A stretch of DNA of 63,333 nucleotides, filler included, from Olpidium bornovanus S191 (taxonomy: Eukaryota; Fungi; Olpidiomycota), in assembly GCA_017911155.1 (NCBI GenBank). It is 30 parts of 30 records of this genome, joined end to end, with 100 filler letters (N's around TTAATTAATTAA, not from the genome) between each part and the next. Parts side by side here need not be neighbours in the genome. Positions count along the whole stretch, not along the records: positions 37,453 to 42,121 come from JAEFCI010005737.1; positions 42,222 to 43,451 come from JAEFCI010010235.1; positions 43,552 to 45,092 come from JAEFCI010011277.1; positions 45,193 to 49,808 come from JAEFCI010003036.1; positions 49,909 to 51,002 come from JAEFCI010001137.1; 25 more parts are not named here. The stretch is one strand, 5' to 3'. The notes under the pieces were generated by a model that ran no database searches, had not been told where the DNA came from, and saw only the letters and a list, made by a program, of their open reading frames with translations. The position numbers were made by a program, and so were the translations under genes. Below, in pieces: positions 37,453 through 50,055 of this stretch (its first letter is position 1; each line of letters starts with the position of its first letter).

Positions 37453-38470
37453 GGTGTCGTAATTCTGGTCACCGTATCGAGCTCGCAGACTGTCCGACTG
37501 GTCTCTCTTGGCATCCGGCACATAACCCGGGCCGGCAATGCGTTTCAGGGCCTCCACAGCGTTTGGCCGCATGAGCTCGATCGCCGTGACGGGCCCGGTT
37601 GAAAGAGCTTTCAAAAACTCGCTTCACGCGGAGGTAGAGAATAAGGCCAACTCGTGAGAACGGGGACGCCATTGAAATTTCGATTCCTCAGAGCGGCATC
37701 CCAAGCAGCACGTTCAATCAAAACACAGAGGCGAACGCCCGAGATGCATTCATTCCAACGGGTAACCTACTCGTATCCGGGTCTCGTCAAATAATCCGGT
37801 GCGAGAAAATTTTCAGCCTCGTAGCGGCCGAAGTCGACCGTTTTTAGCCGGCACAGCGAAAATCCGTGGAAGGTCAGCAACTCGTCGATGATTTTCCCGG
37901 TGTGCTGATAGGCCGACGAGGTGATCAGGCACATCGTCCTGAGGTTAATTATGCGCGTCAGCAATCTTGGGCGGCGAAGCGACTTCGGGCTAGGAGTCGA
38001 ATTGCAAACGCCTTAGACCTTTTGATGTCCCTTGTCATCCGCTTCCGGGTGAATTCGTCGCCAAATCCCCGGATTAAAAGCTGCCTGGAGAAGACGTTCA
38101 CGGATCCCCCCTCAAAAAGCTCGTCTAGTCGGAGCTGGGGATACTTTGAACGCTTCAAAAACGTTCTGTGCTGTTTCACGTCGTACTGTCCGTCATGCCG
38201 TGGTAATTGTCAGCTTGGTCATCACACGCACGTAAAGCCAATAAAGGCCCCGGTGTATATTAGTCAAAGCACTTCCTGAGCTAAAGGGCATCATGATACT
38301 ATCGAGACACAGGGGCTGCCACCTCTAGACCCCGCCACGATCGGCACGATCACACGACCCCACCATTTCGATGCTGTTGTCGGCAGGATAGAAGAATAGC
38401 TGGTACTGTTTATTGAGCTGCGCTTGGGGGTCCTGCCATGTGGCGTTGAACGCCAGACGCTCGTCCAAGG
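37453..38470 (-). CDS. NME7: Nucleoside diphosphate kinase 7 (DM10 + NDK), multi-exon, partial
   Basis: DM10: ERLAFNATWQDPQAQLNKQYQLFFYPADNSIEM...KQHRTFLKRSKYPQLRLDELFEGGSVNVFSRQLLIRGFGDEFTR; NDK: GKIIDELLTFHGFSLCRLK...LSTGPVTAIELMRPNAVEALKRIAGP...SLRARYG. Confidence 0.9.
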
Positions 38471-38473
38471 TGC

Positions 38474-41400
38474 TTGCGGCCTGATAAACGGAAGGAAAGT
38501 GCCAACGGACGGGCGATCTCGTTCAGCTGGCTGTCTCATGAGAGTCACCCGCCATGCTGTGCTCTAAAGTTGCAGTTTCGTACCATGGCGACGCGATGTG
38601 GTTCCTGGGAGGCAATGCAATGTTTTCCCGTTTTCGACGCACTGCTGTGGCCCAACAGTCGGGCGGCAGCGAGGGTTTCGAAAAGCAAAGCGCGTGGGGG
38701 ATTGTGGGAGTCCTCCGCTGTTCGCTCTCGCAGCCGCAGCGGTTCGCAGGTTTTGTCCCCTTGGTTTTGCGTTGCGAGGGCGGCTTGTTCTGACCGAGAT
38801 CGCGGGACGGGCGCAGGGGGCGGCGTTTCCTCCCTGAACCACCACCGCCCGTTCTCCCCTCTTTCTGACTGGGGCTCTTCAAGGACGGCCGGTTTGCGGC
38901 CGCGACGAAACCGACGGAAGCCCTTCCTGCAGGAAACAGGCGCCTTCCCCCTCCCCCCAAGCTTCGCCGCTTCCTGCAGGTATTCGGCCGCGTCTTTCTG
39001 CGGGTCGCTACGAAGGCACGCTGCGGAAATGGAAAAGACCCCCTCGGTTGCTGCGAGCGCAGGACGTTTGGCAAAAAAATATCAGGGGTGTTCGACCGGC
39101 AGTCCTGCACCGGAATGCCCATCTTGCGGCGAGGCCGAAGGGCGAGCCTTCACGTCGGCCGGAGGCTTTTACCTCCCAACCTACAGGCCCGCCGATGACA
39201 ACGACCAGGATCTGTGGTGGGACATCTGTCGGGAATCGACGCTGGAACTGCTGGCCTCGGTATGGCAGACCCGTTTGCGGAGCGCTCTTGCTGATACTCA
39301 GGAAAGTTGACCCGGCATCTCTCCGTGATCCCTAGCAGTCCAACTCTTTGGAAGATTCTTGGGCGAACAGACCTGTTACGCTGGCCCATGTACCGATCCC
39401 TCCTGAAGCAGCGTTCAGCTCGTCAGCCGGTGACGAAGGCGTTATGCGCAAGCGATCCTGCTCGTCAGTGGCCTGCGGAACGGCCCGCCCTGAAACATGC
39501 TCAGGAGGCCGGAAAAAAGTCCGTCGGCGAGGAAGCGCGACCGATCAGCTCCGCCGTATGAACAGCTCTGCGCCCGAGTCAACGCCGCGTCGTAGACCCG
39601 CCTCCCAGGGGAACAGCTGCATAGCGGAAACGCCCATGGCAAGGTCGTTCTCGCTGCAGTGGACGCCGTCATTCGAAACACCATCGTATCCGAGCTTCGG
39701 AGTTCATCTCAAACGCGGAGCCGCCGGCGAGCCGCACGGAAACGGCTGGACTGGGAGTCCTGGCGACCTTATGAACCACTTGCGCAAGATATCCGCCGGA
39801 ACAGGAAACGGCGAGAGCGTCGGGTTCGGCGGCTCGAAACGCGAAATGGGTAATTGGAACCAGTTCACCAGGATGCTCACAAATGGAGATGCCAACAGAC
39901 GTGCGCAGAGCGTGCCTGATTTGGTCCAAAAATCACCAACGGGAACGAGAGGAGATGCTAGGGCCTCACCGGAACCGCAGCCCAAACTGCTGTTTGACGC
40001 GCGCGAAAGCCGGTCGTCGGACGACAGCGCAGAGTTTGGGAGGAGCACATGGCAGGGAAAGTCTCCCTTGCAGACAGTCTCGAGACAACGCCAAGCTCGC
40101 CGTCGAGTCTGCCGGACGAGGAAGAACGACGGTCGATCAGATGTGGACTCCATGTTCAGCAGTGGCAGCCTTTCTTCTGTTCCCGCCACGTTCTTCTCGT
40201 CGGCGTCATCGGATGAGTCCGATGCGGGGAGTTTGGTAATGAATTCATCATCCAAACCTAGGTTGGCTACCAATACAGCTTTGGCGTACAACGAACGTGT
40301 GCTGCCGTCTTCCATTGACCCTTGGCTGGAAGTCGAAGAGTCTCCGTCTTGCTCTTTACATGCGCGTGATTCGCCAGCAGCAGTTGATGCTCGACTGCGT
40401 TCTACTGCGGAAACAGTATGCGCATTGCCGGATTCTCCTCGGCTCGCATTTCAGGGCTCATCCCCGCGCGTCTGCTGCCCAAAGCGCTTTTCTGTTCAGT
40501 GTTCGCCCACAAGTCAACAGCCTGCGCATCTACATTCTTCGGGAAAGTTCCCTTTAGAAGGACCGCGATCTAGTGAGCTGCACGACGACTGGGTCAAAGC
40601 CTTCTGCGCGAACAGGAGTCGAAGCGGGGATCCTTCCGCCGGGTCCCTCCGCGATCAAGGCTCCTTAGCCCGCCCGCCTACAGGGCATCAGCTGGCCGGG
40701 TCGTCAGTGGCTGAAACGCACGCGTCCTCTGACCGTCTTTCCACGACATGGCACCTCGGCTCATCACCGAAGGACGCTTCCCGTGTGCCTCGCTTAATAA
40801 TAGCCGAGCGCGATAGATGCGGGTCGCTGGCGCGAATAGCTAAAAACTCGCAAGACCCAGATTGCTTTCTTCGCTCTCCGCAGGATGCGCACTGCTCCCA
40901 GCTGAACTTTGGTGCGCCAGGAAAGTTGGGCATGGACGGCTCGTTGTCGAACAAACCTAAGGGTCCGTCAACCACCCGGGGTTCAAGGTCTCAAGCAGAC
41001 GAAGCGTCGTCGCCAATGCACACCTACAATTCTCCCGATCGATTACCAACCTCCTTGACTGTCGTACCGGAGAGTTCGTTGTTCGACGGACGGCCACTGA
41101 CTGAGAACGCGACGTCATTTTTAGCTCTTGGGGACGGCGACGGAAGCGAAACAGAGCTCTCGTTCAGCACGTGCGCGTCGCCGATCTCGCCAGTGCGCGT
41201 GCCGAGTTTTCCGATGCCGCCGGACCTGGACAGTCAGGCTATTGGGTCGGGGGTACTCCCGGATACGTTAACGGAGAACTTTCAGAAGCATCGCTGTTCA
41301 GACGCCGCGCTTCCTTTAACGGATATCGAGTGGCCCCCAACCGGATCCTTCTCGCTTGTTACCAATCCCCACTTGCTGGATAGCCAACCAGCGGATTCGC

Positions 41401-41861
41401 TAGATTTCTTTCAACCTTCTTTGAACAGAAGCCCCGCACTAACTGAGGGCGAGGGAAGGGTCCGCAGCGGTGAAGCGGGTGGAAATCTAACGCAAATCTC
41501 GCTCCCGGATTCAGACGACGGTGCTACTGAATCTAGGAACTCGGGGGAGTCGGACGAAGTCATCTGCGGTTCCCACACGCTGCTTTGCGATTATCCAGAA
41601 CGGGGTAGTGCATCAGCCGTGGCCGCAACTTCGGTGCTGGGCAAGATGGACAACCAAAAGGTGCTAGAGCCGACCGCGCCTCCCGCCAACTTACTGTCCG
41701 AATCCGAGGTGCATGGTTCTCGCCAAAACGATTCGACGGTACTTTTATCTGACGAGGGCCGGTGTTGTAATGCGGACCAAACGGCGCTTGCGTCCGTTGA
41801 TCCAGAAGCTTCCGAGACCCAGGTAAGGCGAGGTGGCTGGTGCGACACCCGTGTATTTTAA
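38474..41861 (+). CDS. Large Ser-rich hypothetical protein (ORFs 38474-39310 and 39348-41861, probably one spliced gene)
   Basis: An 837-codon uninterrupted Ser/Pro-rich ORF is unlikely by chance; no domain recognised; true start unresolved. Confidence 0.6.
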
Positions 41862-43551
41862 ATCCTCATCGAGCCGAGCCGTCCCGTATCACCTGACGAG
41901 TTGCTAGATCTCGGAACAATTCGGAACTGTATCCGAAGGCCGGACAGCCCCTGATGATAGAAGGTATATCGGCGTGTCCAGTGCTTCGCCGGCGCGGCGA
42001 CCGCATGGTGCGTCTGACCGAAAAGGAAACGACGACCCGTCATCTCCGTCAACGTCGCGAATCGTTTTGAGGCCGCAATCCCAGGTCAGAACTGTGAATT
42101 TATCGTGCTATACTAACCGACNNNNNNNNNNNNNNNNNNNNNNNNNNNNNNNNNNNNNNNNNNNNTTAATTAATTAANNNNNNNNNNNNNNNNNNNNNNN
42201 NNNNNNNNNNNNNNNNNNNNNCTGTTTATTGGGGGGAGAGACGCGGGCAGAAAACAACGCGCGAAACACCCGAATCCTCATACTGCTGCTCCTCCCGCTC
42301 TGCGCAGGAGACAGGAAGAGGAAGGCCCCCACACAGTACATGCTGTTCATGAAGGTGGGCGTCCCTGCGGCCGGAAATCCGCATTAGAGGGGACCGAGAG
42401 CGGCTTTTCGCCCCGGCCCCCCCCCCCCCCCCCCCCCCCCCCCCAAAGCACAAGGAAATCCGTCGCCAAACCGGAGATCGACGCATTCCACGGACAGAGT
42501 CCCAAAACCCGTCACCGTCGTGGACATCCAGCCATCCATCGTAAATGTGCCGCCGGCATGGAGTCGCCGGCCAGCCCCCACGACGAGCCTCATGGAACGA
42601 ATCAAAATGCAGTACTTCTCCCGCCGGACCGGGCGGTTATCTGGGCAATAGGGAGCGGCGTTCGCGTTTGCGAAACGCGCAGGGAGTGGTAACAGCGGCT
42701 AGCGGGGTCCTGATCGCGCGGAGCCGGGGGTGAAACGCGCACTTGTTGCGGCGGCGCCGGCAGTGCTGGTGGAGGGGACGGCAGGATGCGCGTCTTCCGG
42801 TCCTTTGTTCTGGGCTGGCTGTTGTGCCGTCGACGCGACAGCATTGCGCCGGCTTGGATCGCAGGCGGAGGTGCGGTTGCACTATGGCCGGAGTCCCCCC
42901 CAGCGACTGGAGAACCCTGGCGAACGCGGCCGTCGAGCTTCGCGGGAGAGTTGTCCGTTCGCCTGGGAGGCGCCGGATCGTCGCCGCCTCCGAGTGGCGG
43001 GTGCCGCTATCGCTGTAGAACAAGGTTGAACGACGGGGACGCGCGACGACGCGGAGCGACCGGTCGCGCGCGGGAAAGCAAAAGGTCTTTCGTGTGCTCG
43101 CGGGCGGAGAGCGCAGCGCAGGTGGCGCCAAGGTGAACGACGGAACACAGAGGAGCCCAGATTCGCCGGCCACACCGTAAACGGACGACTCTTCGCCGCC
43201 GCCCCTGCTCGTGCTCGGCGGCACAAGAAAACGCTTTCCGCCTGACCGGCAAGTGCTCGGCTGCTCTCTCGTCGGGTTTCGCGATTTCGCGCCACCGACA
43301 GCGTGCAAAAAAAAGGAAGAAAAAAACGCGAGCGCGGAGTAAAGGGGTGGGGTGGCCCCGGGGTGGCGGGAAAGCGGAGGAAAGATAAAAAAAAAAAAAA
43401 AAAAAAAAAAAAACCGGGGGAAAAAAAAAAAAAAAAAAAAAAACGCGCGGANNNNNNNNNNNNNNNNNNNNNNNNNNNNNNNNNNNNNNNNNNNNTTAAT
43501 TAATTAANNNNNNNNNNNNNNNNNNNNNNNNNNNNNNNNNNNNNNNNNNNN

Positions 43552-45090
43552 CATGATCGTCTGCTGGAGCGCCGCCCACGCCGACTGCAGCGTCTCCAGC
43601 TGCCGCCGCTCCCCCGGCGTGATCGTGACTTCGTACTTCTCCAGAATCGCGTACTGCTCGTGGATGGGTCCAAACTGGGCCTCGATGCTGGGTATGTCAC
43701 TTTGTAGCTGGGCGAGGAGGTTGAGGCTGTCCGACAGCTGGTCGAGGTTCGCCGGCGGCGTCTGCAGCTGCTTGGTCTTCTTCCTGAACATCTCGTGCAG
43801 GCTGTTGAGGTCGGTGCTGGCGTTGCTGTTGAGGAGGGTCGTAAGCTTGTTCTGCCAGGCGCTGCAGTGGCTCACGAGGGCGTGCTTCAGGGGCGAGCAG
43901 TCGAGGCGGACGAAGTTGATGTTCGTCAGCATCTCCTCTTTCTGTGTGTTGTTGGCGACCTCGTTGTACCGGGCGATGTCCGCGTCGAACGTCGACATTG
44001 CGGGCTTCAGCTTGGCGTACCGGCGGATGAAAGCGTCTTTGTTGATCTCCCAGATTTCGCGGTACGAGTCCCAGTTGCGGACGTACGCCTGGCAGTTCGT
44101 AGCGTTGTTCGCCATTCCGTTGGCGATGTTAACGAAGATCTTCAGGATGTCGTCCTCGCCGACTATAATGTCGACCATCCGCGGAGCCGTCCGCGACGGG
44201 GCCTCGGCCAGCGTGCCCGCCAGGCGCGGGATTATCGCGATCGTCGAGACCAGCTCCCGCGATATGCGGTTGACGACCTCCTCCAGCTCCTGCAGGCTGG
44301 GGACGAACTCGACCTTCTGCGCCTCCAGGGTGACGTTGACCTTGAACAGCGGGTGGACCTCGGCGGTGCCGTCCCTGTTCTTGCCCTCGCCGTTGATCGC
44401 CTTCGAAATCTCCTGCAGGGAGCGCTTCACGGTGGCGCGCAAGGACTCCTGCACCAGGTTGTCGATCTTCTCGACGTACCGGACCCAGTGCCCCTGGACC
44501 TCCCTCCCGTCGTTGCGGAACACTTCGTAAGTCGCCTGCAGGGTTTGCCGGATGTCGCCGTGGAGCGCACTCAGCTTCTCCTTGACGCTCGCGCGGTGGT
44601 GCTCCTGCGCAGCCTCGAACTCGGCGAGCTCGTAGATCCGCTTGGGCTCGACGTGCCACAGGAGGGTGTCGGCGATGGCCTTGCAGTTCCGCTGTGTCCG
44701 CAGGTTCGACTCGGTGAAGTCCCGGACCGTGCACTGCACGTCGTGCGAGTGCCTGCGGCACTCCTTCACGAAGTACTCCGTAATCCCTTTCGACGCCCAC
44801 GTGAGGTTCGTCAGACCCGGGTTGATCTTCCGGTCGAGGAACCGGATGAGCTCGCGGAAGAGGAGGTGTTCCTCGGGCGTCAAGGTCTCGATTATGTTGT
44901 TGTAGTCCCGGATGACAAGCAGGACGTTTTCGCGGAGAACCCTCATCTCCTCGTTCTTGCTATAAATCTCTTGTATGTGGAACGGGATGTCGTACTTCAG
45001 CTTGGCGAAGTAGTGTATCTCCGCGAAAAGGCGGAGGAGATCTTTGTCAAAACGCATCTCCAGTTTGAGCTCTCCCGGCCGCCGGGCCAT
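43552..45090 (-). CDS. DNAH2: Axonemal dynein heavy chain, inner-arm I1-beta/DNAH2-like tail region (internal fragment)
   Basis: FDKDLLRLFAEIHYF...LRENVLLVIRDYNNII...LFRELIRFLDRKINPGLTNLTW...LRATVKRSLQEISKAINGEGK...VHPLFKVNVTL...WDSYREIWEINKDAFIRRY...FVRLDCSPLKHALVSHC; single long exon with high GC3. Confidence 0.9.
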
Positions 45091-45261
45091 GANNNNNNNN
45101 NNNNNNNNNNNNNNNNNNNNNNNNNNNNNNNNNNNNTTAATTAATTAANNNNNNNNNNNNNNNNNNNNNNNNNNNNNNNNNNNNNNNNNNNNACTGAGCA
45201 GGACGACGGACCAAAAGTATGTTTTTCCGCGAAGAAATGGCCGTTCCGTTCCTCTCTTTAA

Positions 45262-46832
45262 GTGACCAGTACCTGCTTCAGACCGTCGGACCTGATCGAA
45301 TTCTCGAAACATGAGCAGAGAACCTGCCGATTATATATAAAGGACACGGACCAGGTGAAAACCATGCCGTTCACCTCCAACACGACCGTCAAGGACATCC
45401 TTCCCATTATCCGTAGGGTTGTCGATGAGGAATCTGACGACTGGACCGTTTTCGAAGTCGTAAATTGGCTAGGCGTCGGTATGCGTGACGCGGTGATGTC
45501 TGCCTTTGCGAGTTCCGTTCCAGTCATCCTAACTATTATACGGGACTGCGCGATCTCGCCTGGCAGAACGCCCGTTGCGGGACCAGGAACACTTAGAGAC
45601 CATCCTTGCCGGATGGAGTAGAGATAGTTTAAACGCCAGTTTAAACGCCAGAACGAACGCCGTTCCCGCGACCGACGAGGAGATGCTGATGGTGAAGAAA
45701 AACGAGCACCGAGAATCCTTGACGGAACAGTCGAATTCCACCGAGAATTATCCCCCACTCTTTGGGTGGCTTTACCTCGAGGTTAAGTCTGGAAAATGGG
45801 CCAAGCGATTTGTAGCCATTAAGAACGGGACGGTCACGGCCGCAAAAGACGGCAAGGTACCCTGGTCGCGGGAAAGCCTACCTCGGCTCGCTCGATTGTC
45901 CGCATTTCCGCGTACTGCCGCTTACTTCCTTTGCCTGCCGCTTTTCTATTGAGCAGGGCACCGGAGAAACGGCGTTGTGCTCACTTCTCGCCTTCGACGT
46001 TTACACGACGACGAAACCGCGGAAGCGCTCGCCTAGCAAGTTCTGCTTCTGCCTAAAGTCGCAGAAGCATCCCGACATTTCCGAGAGCCCGGAGGCGGGT
46101 TACGCGCATTTCCTCTGCGCCGAGCACCTGGACAAAATGCGTGATTGGGTCCTTAGTCTGCGGGCGGCGAGGACCCAGGTCATATGTACAGAGGAGAAGA
46201 GACGCCGAGTGCTTCTCGCCGCGGACGTGAAGAAGGAAGAACGGAAGCGGCGGGAGCATCTCGACACCGAAATCCGGATGAAGAAATTGCCACTGGTGCC
46301 GTCGGCGGCCTCGAGATCCGCGCAGGGGCAGCTGGATGTCGGGACTTCGGCGACTAGTCAGGACGCGGAAAGCGGAAGCGCCCAGGACTGGCGCTCGGCA
46401 GGTGCGGTAAAGACGTCGGCTGGCCCAACTTTATCCGCGTCGGCCGCCACGACAACGGAGTTGCGTCGCCATAAGACGTACGACGGAGTGCGCCCGTGGC
46501 CCGGTCGAATCGATATCACTGGCGCTGTCACAGACGCTGGAACCAATGCGGACGGGCGCATAGAGCCCTCCCCCCGCGTGACTTTGCCGCACATTACGCC
46601 GCCTCTGGCGCATGGAGGCGAGCCCGCTCCGCCTACCACCTCCACGTCCGGTCCCGGCTTAAAGCGACCGAAGGGCGGCGGCGGCGAAGGTACTGGAGCG
46701 CAGCCGCTGGTGCAGCTGGATGTCAGGCCGGAGCAGCAGCACACAGATTGGCTGATGAAGCAGAAATCCAAAACGACACCTCCGCCACCTCTGCTGCGAT
46801 TTGACGGACCTATTTCGTCCGTCAAGCGCTAA
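45262..46832 (+). CDS. Ras-association + PH domain protein, multi-exon
   Basis: Ubiquitin-like segment (RLYIKDTDQVKTMPFTSNTTVKDIL...DWTVFEV...LRDQEHLETILAGW) then a PH domain (FGWLYLEVKSGKWAKRFVAIKNG...FDVYT...FCFCLKSQ...HFLCAE...MRDWVLSLRAAR). Confidence 0.75.
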
Positions 46833-47355
46833 CGTCGTCTTTCCAGTGGATTTTATTTTTTTATTTGTACGCATTCGTTTTTTTCCATTGCCGACCGACC
46901 CCGGCTTTCAATTCATTAGTCTTCCGGCAGCGCAAACTCTCTTATTTGACGGTTCATTTTAAAATTTTTCCTCCGGGTCTATTTATGTTGCCCCATCACG
47001 CCACTCGTTAGATAGAAACATACCCAGAGACACGAAGCGTTCGCAAGCGTTAGTCTTCCTTCTCCACTTACCACCGGTTTACTCAACGCACGAGTTCTTT
47101 TGGACATAGTTTTCCGACAGCGATGCCGTGTGTACAGAATACGCGTTTATAACTGCGAAGCTCTGACGTCCCCCGGGGGGCGCGCGCGTCCGCCGGCGCG
47201 TTGCGCCTCGCGAGCGTCGCGCGTTTGTTCCTGACGGGAAAAAAGCTGAGAGCTAATCTTTTTTTTTTTGTCTGCCGGATCCCCTCAAACGCCGTCCTCG
47301 TCCCCCCGCAGCAGCAGCCCGCAAGTTGAGGTCGCCCTGCAGCACCGCGAGCGGC

Positions 47356-49808
47356 ATGGCGAAGCTCTCGTACGCGTCCGGCACCTCGGCGCGGCCGCTG
47401 CTGCGCGACACCATCGACGCCAACTCCGACCGCGCCGTGGCGGCGTTCTCCGACCGCGACGTCTTCGTAGACCGCTGCTCTACGTGAATCAAGTCTGCCG
47501 TTGTGAGAGCAGCAGATCAGTTGATTACGGGCTCACGCAGCTTTCCGTTGGACAAAAAAACCGGGCGCCTCTTCATCCTGGGACTTTGGTTGCCCGGCGC
47601 ACTGCGAGTCCAATTGAGGAGTCGCAGGAGGTGGCCCGGGGTGCGCGTCTTCCCTATATCTGAGCACCTCTCCCTCTGCATTTACCCGGGCTGGGACCGG
47701 TCCCGGCCGGAAGGCGCGGGAGCTGCATTAAAAGGTGCCTGTGTGTTAGCATTGTTATCAAATACTCAAGTGGCAGGAGGGAAAGTTTCTCAAGACGGAC
47801 CCTCCCGACCACGACCTTGACGAAAAGGTTCCCGCTTCGCGCACCAAAAGCCAGATGGTAACTCGGACTCTCCGCTCGCGCACGGACACTGCCCGCCACT
47901 GGCTTGACAGAGTTCAAGGAGCGGCACCCGGGAGGGCTGGCTATGCATTGATCAGAGTGCAAAGGATCTGCTGCAAGCCACGCGCTGATCCACAGCCGGG
48001 TAATCGGGTGCAGCAAGCTGCCTAACTTTGGCGCCACCCAGTGCCCCGCCCGCCCGCGCAGTCAACTACACGCTTGACACTGCTGCCGGCGGTGCAGCTG
48101 CGCGGGACAACCGGCCATCCGAGAGCTTCCGAAGTCCGCCGCAAAGCCCCCCCTTCCCCAACCGGGACTCGCACCCCGAAGCGTGTACGACCGCCCTGAT
48201 TTTGTCTCCTCCCACCTAACGCAGAAGGACGCGTCACACTTGCCTTTGACTTCGCTTGTCTGGCCCTGTGGTTCACGGACACGGGGCGTCTCGAGTGGTC
48301 AGTGCTGGCGAGCAAAAAAATCACTGCAGTGCCACCGCCTGGCGGAGGCAATGCCCAGGTGCCTGGGAGGGAAAGTATGCGGCGGCCCATTGCGAGCCAA
48401 CTACCGTCACACAGGGCGCTCTGGTCCGCGGTGGTCGTAAACGTTTCCCGGGGGGAATTGCGAGGAGGCTCTTGGGGTGCCGCCGCCGGGCCTTTTATAG
48501 AGGGGAAGAAGGGCGGTCAGGCGGAGAGAATGGGGCGAGTCCTTTTCTTCCCTTCGCCCCGCTCCGCCGTTTCCTTCCCCCTTTTGTCCTTTTACTTCGT
48601 GTAAACGAACACCCCTCCGCGCGTGTCACGCCCGCCGAGGAAAGACGAAAAAGCTCGCGGCTGTTGCAGGGAACCAGCGAACCGGCCATCAAGGTCGAAA
48701 CAGTCGCGCTCGGCCTGTCCAGGCCGAGCGTGCGCGCGGGCGACCGGGTGGGCATCTGGGCCCCCAACTGCGCCGAGTGGGTGTTCGCGCAGTACGCCAC
48801 CGTCAAGGTTGGCGCGATCCTGGTCAACGTCAACCCGGCGTATCGGGCGAGCGAGCTGGCAGATGTGCTGAAACAGGCGAGCGTCCGCACGCTGGTGGCC
48901 GCGCCTTCGTTCACGATCTCCGACTACGCCGCCATGATCGAAGACGCGGCCGAAGTGTCCCCAGATGTTTGTCGACCAAATATGAGATTATCCAAAAAAA
49001 AAAGTTACCGCTGACGTGTTCGAAAAACTGCCCAAAAATATTTTCCAAAACTTGCTCCGAGAAGAAGGGTCGTTGGCTGGGTTTGATTCCACAGCACCCT
49101 TCAGTGATCGTCCCGCTGATCGCCATGCGGTGGGAAGGCTGGCTTTCGACGATGCGCCCGTGACACCACAGTGGTGTTCTTTTTCGCACCCGTCCAGGAA
49201 CATCTGACGTGGATCATGTCCTGTTTTACCGATTGGCCTCGGTCGATCGCTGCCTCCTTGGCTCAACACCGCGTTATCTCCACAGAGTTGGGTCCATCGT
49301 GAGCGCCCTCGATACTCTGAAATTCGTCGAGCAAATCCGGCTGGCCTCTGCAGTCCTTTCAAAGCGTCGATGTGTGAACCGGTGCTGTGAACCGGATAGG
49401 CAGGACCGAGGTGACGATTTGCTACGACTTGACCGAGACCTCGCCCATTTCCACGCAAACCCGGGCGGACGACTCGCTGGACCGCCGGCTGTTCACGGTC
49501 GGCACCGTTCACCCGCATCTGGTGATCAAGATCGTCGATCCGGCGACGGGGTGACAGTGCCCCGCGGCACGCACGGCGAGCTGTGCACCCGCGGTTACTC
49601 GGTGATGCTTGGATACTGGGATGAGCCTGTCAGGACCGCCGAAGCCATCGACACGGCCGGCTGGATGCACAGCGGCGACCTGGCGGTCATGGACGCCGAC
49701 GGCTACGTCAACATCACCGGCCGCATCAAAAACATGGTGATCCGCGGCGGCGAAAACATCTACCCGCGCGAGGTGGAGTTCCTCTACACCTGCCCTGACA
49801 TCCTGGAT
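47356..49808 (+). pseudogene. Fragmented AMP-dependent acyl-CoA synthetase (actinobacterial-type AMP-binding protein) pseudogene
   Basis: Three collinear pieces: 47356-47487 (MAKLSYASGTSARPLLRDTIDAN, then stop), about 48670-48966 (GDRVGIWAPNCAEWVFAQYATVKVGAILVNVNPAYR), about 49408-49808 ([10 protein letters not shown]...VGTVHPH...[15 protein letters not shown]...[38 protein letters not shown]). Frameshift near 49550, YGMTE changed to YDLTE, and no TSGTTGxPKG P-loop segment. Confidence 0.8.
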
Positions 49809-50055
49809 NNNNNNNNNNNNNNNNNNNNNNNNNNNNNNNNNNNNNNNNNNNNTTAATTAATTAANNNNNNNNNNNNNNNNNNNNNNNNNNNNNNNNNNNN
49901 NNNNNNNNCCCGCAGGGGGGCCGGTCTGTGCCCCCCCCCCGCCTGCTCGGGCCCGATGCCTGAACTTGAACCCCCCCCGCTGATATCGCCGGTGCCCTTC
50001 CCCCCCCCCCCCTTTGTCCGCTGTTCCCGTGCAAAACCGGCTTGTCGCAAACCAG

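Noticed and set aside
42222-43451. Protein-coding gene in contig 22
   Set aside because: GC-rich overlapping ORFs in all frames with no recognisable motif or consistent splice model.
43553-45144. Long plus-strand ORFs (325 and 449 aa) opposite the dynein
   Set aside because: Antisense shadows of a high-GC3 coding strand; the same applies to shadows over the SET, QorB and DUF1769 genes.
48029-48035. TGGCGCC as a retroelement PBS inside the acyl-CoA synthetase insert
   Set aside because: No upstream CA-ending LTR, terminal repeats or target-site duplication found.
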